In this document: positions 49,220-60,014 of the stretch, one piece after another | Layout: each line of letters begins with the position of its first letter | How positions within the stretch are numbered: position 1 is the stretch's first letter | NCBI GenBank assembly: GCA_047967505.1 | Contig: CM106538.1 | Length of the DNA: 64,000 bases | Reading direction: 5' to 3' (one strand) | Source of the DNA: Dipteris shenzhenensis | Taxonomy: Eukaryota | Notes under the pieces: model-generated | Seen by the model: the letters and a program-made list of their open reading frames with translations, nothing else | Database searches by the model: none | What the model was told of the DNA's origin: nothing | Made by a program: the position numbers and the translations under genes

Positions 49220-51255
49220 GGAGAGGGATGGGGGGCTGCGAACAGCTGTCTGCTCGCAGAAGAAGTCGAAGAAGAATCAGACAGATCGGAGTGGAGGCGC
49301 TGCCGCTTGTGAGAAGGTTTGGAGGGGGAGACGGGGTCGTCTTGCCCGTTCTTCAACACCTTCAGCAAAGGCGAGAGGCCTCTAGTGCCATGAACAAATG
49401 CTTTCTCGAGCCAGCTCGAGATCTCTGAAGCAGTCATCCCGTAGAAGGTTCGGAGTTTCTGTTGGGACCAAGCTCTGACATCCTGGGGAAGAGGCCATGC
49501 CAGGGGGGGTCTGAGGATCACAATCAATCGGAAACGTTTGGCAGCGCAACGCCACCGCAAGCGCACATCGCCGTCGGACCACTGAGTCTCGAGGAGCTGC
49601 CCACCGGACGGGCCTATCCAGGAGCAAATCTGGGCGTGTGTCTGCTCTCTGAGAGCCTCCCACACCGAGTCGTCTGTCCAGGTCTCGGTGCCATCGCTGA
49701 GGAACGTGAAGGCGAAGCTAGGGCCATCCCTGGGAGCCAAGGCACCAATCCTCCCATCCGCCCCTTTGCGGAGCATGAAGATACTAATGTCGAGACAAGC
49801 CGGGAAGGTCCCAAGGTCGGCCACATCCAGGTAGTCCCAGGGGCCAGATCTGTAAAAGTCTCGAGGGAGCTCTCTCTCCTGGAGCTGAGACCCAGCTGAG
49901 TCTGCCACTGGGGGGCTAGCGGGAAGGGAAACCTGCTCCACTGGTGGTACAGACACCGGGTGTCCTGCAAGCGGGGGAGGAGGGGGAGGAGGCTGCGGGA
50001 TAGGCGACTCGGGCTCCACGGAGGCGACTGGCGGAGAAGGTGGAGGAGGTGGAGCGGAGGCTGCACTCGGCTGGGAAGGCGACGGTGCAGCTAACTCTGT
50101 AGGAGGGGCGAGGGGAGCAGGGGGGGGATGGGGATGGGGATGCATCTGGAACTGGGGCTGAGAGGGAGGGGGAGGGGGAGGGGACTGAGGAAAAGGAGGC
50201 GGGGGCTGAAACTGCGGGGCGGGCGAAGGGGGGGGAAACTGGGGAAACCGGGGAGAAGGCGGGGGGGTGGGAGAGAGGAGGATCTGAGGCTGTGGAGGGC
50301 GGGCTGCCGTCGAAGAAGAGGCTCTCCCAGGTCCCTGGGGCATCTGCCTGTCAGGCCTGTGGAGTGCTGCTGCAGGAATGGTGACCTCTGCCTCCTTGCC
50401 TTTATCCGAAATCTTCTTATTCTTTCCTCTTTTCCTTCGAACCTCGGTCCAACCGCCCACTACCTCTGGCCCAGGCTCCGACTGCCTCGGCTCCTCCTGA
50501 CGTGGCTGTCCGGGGGGGGGAGGTGGGGGCGGAGGGGGCGGGGGCGGGGAGGGTCGAGACGAGCTGGCAAAGCGTGGACAAGTAGCCGCCAAGTGCCCAA
50601 AGCCATGGCACCGCAGGCACTGACCTGGCTGTCCGGTGACTATCATGCTCTGGGTGATACTGCCGGCACCTGTAACGATCTCGATCACTGCAGGGAGAGT
50701 CGCAGGATCCGCCACAGCCACACGGACTCGGGGAGCTCCTGCCGTGGTCACCGCGTCGGCAAAGGTGTCGTGCATAACCCAGCCAAAATGGGAGCCCAAG
50801 TCCCTGACAATCGGCCGCAGCTCAGTAGCAAGCCCTGGAAAAACGAGTGTCACTGGGTGGCGAGGTATACGGAACCGAGTGTCGAAATCCGCTGCGCTGA
50901 AACCACGGTACCACGGGACTATCATGATGATCTTCCCATCCACCGATGTGGGGGAACCGGCAATCAGATTGCTCGCAGCTTTCTCACTGGAGAGTTTGAG
51001 CCAGAAGATGCCCCTTCCCATAAGGGCCACCTCCTCGATATGGCCATCCTCTAGCAAGAGAGTGGACTGGAGCCAGTCCCTGATGGTAGACCTGGAGGGG
51101 GAGTGTCCAATGACTCTACCGTAAACAGAGGTACGAGCAAAGTCACTGGCTACCTCCTGAACACGAGATGATTGTTGCTCTGTCAGGATAACGCGGTAGG
51201 CATCTGGAGAGGGAGGGTCCGACTGGGCCTCCGGATCCGGGCTGGGGGCCGCCAT
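49216..51255 (-). CDS. L1 ORF1p, 679 aa: DUF4283/RRM-like N-terminus, CCHC knuckle, poly-Pro linker, unassigned C-terminal domain
   Basis: LMGRGIFW...IVPW, CLRCHGFGHLAATC; stop overlaps the ORF2 start (ATGA). Confidence 0.95.
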   Translation of the reverse strand: MAAPSPDPEAQSDPPSPDAYRVILTEQQSSRVQEVASDFARTSVYGRVIGHSPSRSTIRDWLQSTLLLEDGHIEEVALMGRGIFWLKLSSEKAASNLIAGSPTSVDGKIIMIVPWYRGFSAADFDTRFRIPRHPVTLVFPGLATELRPIVRDLGSHFGWVMHDTFADAVTTAGAPRVRVAVADPATLPAVIEIVTGAGSITQSMIVTGQPGQCLRCHGFGHLAATCPRFASSSRPSPPPPPPPPPPPPGQPRQEEPRQSEPGPEVVGGWTEVRRKRGKNKKISDKGKEAEVTIPAAALHRPDRQMPQGPGRASSSTAARPPQPQILLSPTPPPSPRFPQFPPPSPAPQFQPPPPFPQSPPPPPPSQPQFQMHPHPHPPPAPLAPPTELAAPSPSQPSAASAPPPPPSPPVASVEPESPIPQPPPPPPPLAGHPVSVPPVEQVSLPASPPVADSAGSQLQERELPRDFYRSGPWDYLDVADLGTFPACLDISIFMLRKGADGRIGALAPRDGPSFAFTFLSDGTETWTDDSVWEALREQTHAQICSWIGPSGGQLLETQWSDGDVRLRWRCAAKRFRLIVILRPPLAWPLPQDVRAWSQQKLRTFYGMTASEISSWLEKAFVHGTRGLSPLLKVLKNGQDDPVSPSKPSHKRQRLHSDLSDSSSTSSASRQLFAAPHPSP

Positions 51256-51317
51256 ACCGCCAAGACTAACTGCAAGCTTCCGATGAAGAAAAACAGGCTG
51301 CCACCCAAGAAGAGATG

Positions 51318-51995
51318 AAGCGGCGGTGGAGCCTGGGGGTGAGGCGGCGAGGCGGGATGGAGCGGAGGGGGCGGCTGGAGCGGAGGGGGCGGCTGGAGCG
51401 GCGGCGAGGCGAGGATGGAGCGGAGGCGGGCGAGGCGAGGCGGGATGGAGCGGAGGCGGGCGAGGCGAGGCGAGGCGGGATGGAGCGGAGGGGGCGAGGC
51501 GAGGCGGGATGGATCGGAGGCGGGCGAGGATGGAGCGGAGGCGGGCGAGGTGAGGCGGGATGGAGCGAAGGCGGGCGAGGCGAGGCGAGGCGAGGCGGGC
51601 TGGAGCGGAGGCGGGCGAGGCGAGGCGGGATGGAGCGGAGGGGGGGGCTGGAGCGGCGGCGAGGGGGGGGGGTTGGAGCGGGGGCGAGGGGCGGGTTGGA
51701 GCGAGGGGGCGGGATGGAGCGGAGGTAAGGGGCGGGGATGGAGCGAGGGGGCGGGATGGAGCGAGGGGCGGCTGGAGCGAGGGGCGGAGGTGAGGCGAGG
51801 GGCGGAGGTGAGGCGAGGGGCGGGATGGAGCGAGGGGCGGAGGTGAGGCGAGGGGTAGCGGGGTGCCGGCGGGGGGGGAGGAGAGGGGACGGGGGTCGAG
51901 GGCGGACGGGAGGGGTGGAGGTGGACGCGGCGAGGGGGGGGGGGGGGGGAGCGAAGGGGAGGTAGGGGCTAACGGCGAGGGGGGAGGGGAAGCTC
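51318..51995. repeat. GC-rich tandem repeats forming the 5' leader of the intact L1
   Basis: GGATGGAGCGGAGG and GGCGA units on + strand (C-rich on the sense strand). Confidence 0.92.
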
Positions 51996-54900
51996 GCAGG
52001 AGCTCAAAGAGGGGCCTTTGGATCTCTATTCATATCGCTATTGTGACTAGGCTAGGCATATGCTTCCAAACTTTGCATTTGAGCTTTGTGTCTAGCTGGG
52101 ACTGAGACCACCGCTGAGAAGAGCGAGGGGTAAAAATATGTAGCAATCTGCAGCATGAAACTGGTCTAAAGAGCATCATGGGAATCTTGAAGCTGCTTCA
52201 TGCCCTCTCTGCGATATCTTCGGCCCATGATGGAGAAGATATTCTTGTTGCATCTCCTCTTTGTTGGGTCTAAAAGGCCTCTTGAGCGTGGAAGAAAAAC
52301 TCCAATCTCAGGTCGAGAAGGTACTACTGCTCCTGGTGTACAATCACGTGTCATGAAGCCATAGATCTGCAAGGTGCTATTCCTCTCTTTAAGGGCAGCC
52401 AATTTGCATTTCCCTGCCTTCTCCTGGGGGATGCGGGTCTCCTCTCTGGTGACAGCGATCACTAATGAGCTGACCAGCCGAGGCAATGCCTAGGAGGCAT
52501 CAGCAATAAGTCCTGCTGGCACACACTCTGTTGAATGTCGATCAGGTCCGTGAGTGACCGAGGTTGAAGTGGTGCGTCTTGTTGTGTGTGGTCCTGTCCT
52601 ATCCCTTTATCCAATCTCTGGATGTTCCAACTGACAGCCCTCACTGAAGAGGGAGAGATCGGTGGAAGGTCCTACCCAATCTTGTAGTGGAGGCGCTTGC
52701 ACCTTGGGTGTGGAAAGCAGGGCATAACTAACATAACTTGAGTTGGGAGATTATTGTGAGATCACTACGTGGCACATTTGGAGATCATGATGTACATAGG
52801 CTTTAAATTGCACCCAAGTCCACCAGTTCATTCCATGGATAGCATCTAGACAAATATTGTAGATACCTTGATGGCCATTTGGTCAAGGATGCAGGGGACT
52901 TCTAGGTCGACATCAGCTAGGGGGATGATTTTTCTCAGTAAGCATAGAGGCAGCCCTTTCTTGTCTGAGTCTCTTACTGGCATGGTGTGACACTTCAAGC
53001 CACAGTCCTGGTTTTACTCAGGATTTGTATATGCTTAGACATTTTAAGTGATACTTTACCACTTGTTTTAAATGCTCTGCAGGATGTAATTTTGCCTTGA
53101 GTGTCTTCCTCCTGCCTGTTTCTTTCGTGCCTAATCGAAGTCTATTCTATGAAGGATAAAAAGAGGAGCTTTCTAAACTCTAGCGTTCAGGGCAGCAAGC
53201 TCTAGATGATAAGCAGAAGTAGGACAACAAAGAATGGAAGCAGTTGCAACTATGGCTGAAGGAAAGGGTGCACTATGGCTAGAGATGGAGATAATATGGC
53301 TCTGATAATGGAGAGAGTGGTTCTGTGTGTGAGTGTGTGAGAGTAGAAGAGATGCCACAACAAGACAAGGCTAGGATTCAAAATGAACACCCTTTCATTA
53401 TAAAACAAAGTATTACAGTAAAATATACAAACCTTTACACTTAAGGAGTATGGAGTATGCTTTTTTATCACTTTTTGTATACATATTGCCTAGTATACAT
53501 GTATAGTGCAATTTATGTCTCAACAATTTATTTATCACTCGGTGATTAGTAGCCTAGCTTATAGATGCAACGAAGGAGCAGATGCATATGGCACTTAGGA
53601 TTCTCATAGGGGAAACCACAGGTTATTAGCATGTGGCATCACCCCTTCTCCAGTGACTTACCATGAGAGATCACTGCTAGTCTGCTAGCCTGGCAGATTT
53701 AGAGATCTAAATGCACGAAGGTCATTGAGGGTTTCAGACTTATCCACCCTAGTCTCTCTGCATCATATTACATAGACTCTCATGGCCACCTAGATCAAAT
53801 TTTAAGGCTCTTCTCCAATGGCTGCTGCCAGGAGAGCCTCTTTCACGAGGGAGTGGGACAATGGGAATTTTCTTTTCATAGACACCCATAAGGCCCCCAT
53901 AGCACTTTGATGCACCTGATTGACTGTGACATTTTTATTTTGAGCCAGATTGTATCCAGTAGGATGTTTTGTTGATCGCAGGAGTTCTTCCTGGATTTGA
54001 TGTATAAGTTCAGACGGGGGAAGAGAGGGAAGTTCACCAGCCAAATCAATCGCTACAGCAACTTGCATGCCTTTCACCAAAAGTTATGAAAGCTTCAAGG
54101 CGAATCAATTTGTTTATTTTGATCTGCTCGTGTGGAGCTCTTCTTGCACTACACTTGCACTATACCTCTTAAGTAATCAATATGCATGCTTAGTGTGTAA
54201 TTGGGAGGAGAGGACTCTTGTTGTCACCCAAACTACAGTAGTAACCTAAGGATTTGAATAGAAATCCATGAGGCCAATCAATTGATTTTTGGATTATTGT
54301 GCAGGTTTATTGTGCTATGTTATTTGATCTAAACATCCATAGGTTACACAGGTTTCTTGTGCTTTATGCATTTAAAACTCATCATCTAAGGGTGTGCTTA
54401 TGAAGCACAGTGATGATCTGGTGGGTGTGTGCATATACTACAATTACAAGTGTGCTAGTTGAATACATTGTGCTTAGGTGGCATCATTGATGATATGGCA
54501 TTATGCACCACATGGATTCCCATGTGTTAGTGATGATGTGTAAATTTCTATGCTATCATAACACGTGGAGCTTATCACACTATCTATTATGCCATGTGGC
54601 TTGCTGCCACGTGGTCATCCACATGTGGCTATGGTTTGAAATACTTTGTGCGTCGTCATCCCTGTCAAGTCTTCTTGCTGTACTATTTGTCATCACATTT
54701 ATGTCTTTTGCTCTGTTGTGTATGTGCATTGTTATTTTTTCTTTGTTGAGTCTTTGCTGGCTTGTTGCCTTGATGTTTCTGCATCATAATGTGTGTCTAT
54801 CTTTTTATAGTCACTACTAATTGCTATTGCAAGTCCGTGCTTGTATTCAGGAGCACAAAGGCTTTGTAATCATCAGGGTCGATGAGACTGGCATAGCATA

Positions 54901-55911
54901 TTTTATCTGGATCTCTCGATTAAATAGTATGCTGGAAAAAAATTCAACTGTGTGAAGTAATAATTTACCACTGATTTAAACTCTGAAAATAGGTGAACAT
55001 TGCAATCTTCACCAAGTCTTCTTGCAACATTCTTCTGTTGGTTTATTTTCTTCAACATTATTATTTTCATTTGATAGTTTTCAGTAGTCATAATGGAGAA
55101 ATTATGTCGGCTGTCTTAAATCAAGGAAAACCCTTGGGTGTGGGTCTTAATCATAGCACGTGATGGTGCTCCAAGGAATCATTACAATTCTAGCTGTCTA
55201 TATATTAAATGTCATGTGTGTTGTGGTATCTATAGGTATAATACCACTATATGCTTAGTTCATATAATACCACTATATGTTTGGTTCATATATGCCATCC
55301 CTTGACAAACCACACATTGTAAGAAAAATGTCATATAAGACGAATATCTCTGTACATATCTGAGATAATGTTCTTCTATAATGATAATTTGTATTATCTT
55401 CACAAATCCGTTTCTTTAAGCTTATGGATTTGGAGAATTGCCACCTTGAAATTGCCTTCTTTTTGTGAGGAATATGACCTTTTGATATTCTATTATCCTA
55501 AACATTTTGATTTATGAATACTACAGAATTGGCAAATTGAAAAGAAAGGTGTTTGTTTTTTTAGGTGCAGACTTGGTTTACAAACTAAGGAATTACTTCT
55601 TTTCGATCTGGGAGAAGCCTCCTCAATTGAAAAGGAAGGTTTCAGATTACACTATTCAGTTGGCAAGTCTTGACTTCCTTCACTCTGATTAATTTGCCTT
55701 TTATTACAATTTTGGATAACTCATATTTCATTGTTAGAATTTTTTATTATATTCTAGCAGTGACCAATGTAATGTAATAAGTAGGTTAGGGGCACTTTTC
55801 CCTCTTTAGAGATAAGGTTTTGTCACTTAGACAAAACCTTTCCCTTTTCTTGTATTCAGTCACTTCATCTATTGCAATCCGACATTCAGCTCTCTTGCTC
55901 TCTCACTCTCT

Positions 55912-56667
55912 ATGGAGACGGCCCCGGTAATGCTAGATGAGAATGCAGCCACATTTGTCCCATCACAAGGAAGTTTGTGGACATTTCTCACATCTATACA
56001 AGCAACACTTGCCCAGCAACAAAGTGAGCTGAGCAGTTTAGCACTCAAGTGCCAAGAACTCGAATACAAAAATGCAAATCTCGATCAGACTGTCAGAATA
56101 CAGGCAGAAAAAATACAGCAGCTACAACACATGGTGGATGAGAAGTCAGAAAGCAAAAGCATGCAAATACCAATAACACAATCAGCCAGCTGGGCTAACG
56201 CAGTAAAGAATGGTGTTACAAACAATGATGAAGCCAAGCTGAAGTACAACAATATGGACATACTTGGTGAAGAAGGACCTGATGCAAACGAACGCCGAGA
56301 GTGTGAAAAGCGTGCACAAAATATAGTAATACGTGGAATCCCAGAGCAAGAGACTGAATCCCCACTATCACTAGCCAAAAATATTACAGAATTCTTTGCT
56401 GATCATTTTGCTATGCAAGAAGTAACAGTTTTTGGAGCACATAGGGTTGGCAAGAAAAAGGAAGAGAAAGACTACCACCGTGCAATTGTATGCACATTGA
56501 TGGATGCAAGGAAAAGAACAATTATACTAGACAGCAGCAGGATCTACTTAAGAGGAACATCTTACTTTATCACTGAAGATAGAACGCCCAAGCAACAAGC
56601 AGAAAGACGCCAGTCCTACGAAGCACGCAAGAAGAGACAAGAGGCAAAAGAGGACACCACCCTCTAG
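55912..56667 (+). CDS. LINE ORF1p, 251 aa: coiled coil plus RRM-like domain of the CR1/L2/RTEX type
   Basis: Heptad-rich N-terminus; KRAQNIVIRGIPE, AHRVG, R.I, FITEDRTP...ERR motifs. Confidence 0.85.
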   Translation: METAPVMLDENAATFVPSQGSLWTFLTSIQATLAQQQSELSSLALKCQELEYKNANLDQTVRIQAEKIQQLQHMVDEKSESKSMQIPITQSASWANAVKNGVTNNDEAKLKYNNMDILGEEGPDANERRECEKRAQNIVIRGIPEQETESPLSLAKNITEFFADHFAMQEVTVFGAHRVGKKKEEKDYHRAIVCTLMDARKRTIILDSSRIYLRGTSYFITEDRTPKQQAERRQSYEARKKRQEAKEDTTL

Positions 56668-56706
56668 GGACACGCGGCTCATGGGACCCAGAAAGAACTC
56701 AAAGTA

Positions 56707-59700
56707 ATGTTTTGGAACTGCAGAGGTTTCCCCTGGCAGAAGGGAGCAGGGCTTAATGATGTGCTTGAGGATGCAGATGTAGTCTTTCTTGCAGAGACAT
56801 GGGAGAGGGATACGCATAGACTACCTCCAATCAATGGATACATAATACATTCGATATGCCAAACACACACTGGTACAAGAGGGCAAGGAGGAGTTGCATG
56901 CTTATACAAAGAACACTTACAAGATAGTATTAGCATATGCAAAGATGACCCTTACAAACGATTCATCTGGATCATGGTGAAAGCAGAGCCCCTACCAATT
57001 TTCATAGTTGGATGCTACATACCGCACTCGGGGTCAACATACTATCAACGATATGATAGAGATGCATCAGATCCATACGGAGACTTATGCTCAGATTTGG
57101 TGGAATTTAATTCCAAGGGGAGAGTATTGATTCTAGGAGACATGAATGCACGCATTGGGGACACCCAGTTTCAGTCACTTACAGGACATGAATATGACAA
57201 AGATAAAGAAATTGAGATAGACCCCAAGTGGCAGAGATACTCGGAGGACAAGGAAGTAAATGCACATGGAGAGGCATTGACAAGCCTAGTGAATGGGCTT
57301 AATATGATAGTGCTGAATGGATCAGGCCTCTTTCCACATACAAAAGTTCCAACATGTTTCCCAGCTAGTGGAGGGTCAAGTGTGATAGACTACGCCTTAA
57401 TTTCACTAGATGCAGTACATTTGGTACATGATTATATAATTGGCCCAAAATATCCAGAATCAGATCATACCCCCCTTTATCTCAAAATGCACATACCTCA
57501 TTCGGCAGAAACTACAGCCCAGGCAGCAAAGAATTGGTCTTTTCGGATGGACATAGACAAGAGGGAGGAGTATGCTGACACCACTGATGCTCTTATTAAG
57601 AATGTTTGCAGGCTGAACTGGAGTGAAATGAAACAGGCTTTACTCTCAGCTGCACATACAGTCATGGGACAGAAAAAGATCAAGAGAGTAAGCACAAAGG
57701 GTTTACCACAAAACAAATGGTTTGATGGTGAATGCATAAAAGTCAGGCTGAAAATTAAACAGATGCCAAATGACTTGCAACGTAAAGAGGCTGAAAAGCA
57801 CTTCCATGCACTTACTCGGAGAAAAAAGAGGAAATATCAGTTAGACAAAGAGTGGCAAGATGCCTTGATTTTGCTAAGAACCCGAGAGGAACATGGAGAC
57901 AAACTAAAGGGAGATCAAAAGAAATCATGGGAGACTTCACAAATGAGGAAATGCTCCAATATGCCAAGCAACTTTACACCCATCCACATGCCTTACCTAT
58001 ATTCACAGACATAGCTCACTACAATAGCCCACATATTTTCTCTTTGGACGATGTGAATGAGGGCTTGAAGAAAATGGCCAATGGAAAAGCAGATGATACA
58101 TTGCATATAAAGGCTGAGCTACTAAAATGGACAGGGGACTACACACGAATATGCCTAGTCTCTTTGCTTAATGATGCAATTGCCAATGGCTTCCCCCCAG
58201 AGTGGCAAGAAAATTGGATAAAACCAATATATAAAGGTGGAGATCGTAACCAGCTTTCCAATTATAGAACCATCATGGTGGGATCCACCATGGCCAAGCT
58301 CTTTGGCACAATCATTGAGACAGAACTTAGTATATGGGCAGAACTAAATGGTAAGAGGGCCATCGGACAAGCTGGTTTTCGAAGAAACCATAGCACTGTG
58401 GATCACTTGGTCACACTACGGGTTCTAATGGAAGAGAGCCGGTTGCAAGGAAAGCCTCTCCATTGTTGCTTCATAGATTTCAAGAAGGCATTTGACACAG
58501 TGCCTAGAAACAAGTTGGGGGAAAGAATGGACCAATTAAGAGTGCCAAACCACTTAAAAACAGCAGTTTTCAGATTGTATGAGAGGGTAACTTGCCAACT
58601 CAAAGGCAGAAACGGATTGTCAAATACATTCCACAGTAATATGGGGGTTAAACAGGGTTGCCCTTTGTCACCAACATTATTTGGACTATGTATTGACAGA
58701 TTGGAGGAGTTGGTCAAAGAAATGATGCAAGAGCAGCAGCTAGAGGGCCCTGAAATATGTGCATACACCGTACTACTGTTGTTATATGCAGATGATGTTG
58801 TCTTTTTCTCATACACAGCAGAAAGTATGCAGAGGATGATGCCCATTCTACACAAGCTCTGTGCAGAGAGTGGACTCATGGTAAATGCCACCAAAACTAA
58901 AATGATGATAGTAAAAACAAAGCAGCCTGCAAACACCCCAGGTATTATGTTCAATGAGCAGGAAATTGAGAGGGTAAACACATTCAAATACTTGGGAATA
59001 GATGTGCCAGCAAATCATAGATGGAATGATTGTGTCCATAGAAGGATAGATGCTGGGTGGGGAAAGTATTATCATTTTGAAAATGACTGCAGAAATAGTG
59101 ACACTAAGAGATGGAGCATCAAACGGATTCTATTTGATGCATATGTGGTGCAAACAGTGCTATATGCAGTAGAAGTATGGGGAGGAAGCATCTCAGCATC
59201 AAAATGGAATGATATTGAAAAAATACAGAAATCATTTCTAAGACGGCATCTAGGAGTCAAAATTACTACACCGTACTCAATCATGCTTATTGAGACTGGT
59301 ACAAGGCCCATTGAACTGAGAGCACTACGAAGGGTTTTCAAATATGTGAAGAAGGTCAAGAACATGGGGTGGCAGAGATTACCAATGAAAGCATGGGAAG
59401 CAAGTAAAAGGCCTCAAAAGACAAACAAAAGCAAGATGTTATCATCTGGTTGGTGGCAAGACATTCAAAGATGGTTCCAAAGATGGAGAGTAACATCCTA
59501 CCTTGAGATGTCATCCGGGGAAATGGATGAGAAGGCATTTCATAAAGCTTTGTTGGGAATATTGCAACAAAAATGGCAATCAGCTGAGAAAAGGGCTAAG
59601 TATGAGTACTATTGTACACATATCAATCCCATCTATTGGGACACCTACTCCAAGGAGGAAGATAATGCACAAAAGTACATAACTATACCCATACCCGCAA

Positions 59701-60014
59701 ATGCAAGAAGAAGTATTGCACTCATCCGCACCCGATCACACACTTTGGAGGTAGAGAAAGGTGCTTGGGGAGATGTCTCAAGGGAACAAAGATTTTGCAA
59801 GTTATGTGACCAAGAACAAGTAGAGACAGAGGCACATGTCCTCCTTACATGCCCACGATATGCATGCATAAGGAGGGACTTTAACAACATTACAAAGGAA
59901 CACGACACCCTCGCAAGCTTGCTTTCACATACCCATATAGCCACTCTGGGCAATTTTATTGCCAAGATTCTTCAATATCGGGAATGTTGTATTACTCAAT
60001 GTATTTCAGAATAG
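56707..60014 (+). pseudogene. RTEX-like ORF2 (APE endonuclease, RT, C-terminal Cys/His motif) with one frameshift near 57820-57870; true start uncertain
   Basis: FWNCRG, FLAETW, ILGDMNAR, SVIDY, SDH; NYRTIMV, QAGFR, FIDFKKAFDTV, GVKQGCPLSPTLF, LLYADD; RTRSHTLEVEKG...CKLC...ETEAHVLLTCPRY. Confidence 0.9.

Larger units (their letters stand above)
44698..52033 (-). mobile_element. Intact full-length L1-clade LINE (family D), 7.3 kb
   Basis: Perfect 15-bp TSD ATCGCTATTGTGACT (44683-44697, 52034-52048), poly(A) tail, two uninterrupted ORFs, repetitive 5' leader. Confidence 0.97.
44545..52650 (-). pseudogene. Very old L1 relic (44545-44697 and 52049-52650) split by the intact L1
   Basis: RAVSWNIQ at about 52620-52644; PLTTQEL*AALCAL at about 44620-44665; heavily deleted. 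Confidence 0.5.

Noticed and set aside
50128-51124. Antisense ORFs of 308 and 162 aa opposite L1 ORF1
   Set aside because: Expected shadows of GC-rich coding sequence; no recognisable domain.
53600-54080. Possible very old L1 RT relic (FPLSHSL...)
   Set aside because: Similarity too weak to support by eye.
55565-55590. VQTWFTN reading resembling homeodomain helix 3 after a splice acceptor
   Set aside because: Followed at once by a stop, lacks the conserved Arg residues, and no upstream helices were found.
57822-57828. A AAA AAG heptamer as a programmed -1 frameshift joining the two RTEX ORF2 halves
   Set aside because: The -1 frame is open, but the zero-frame RRKKRKY fits the family motif and copy 1 shows no matching split. 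A 1-nt deletion or sequencing error is simpler.
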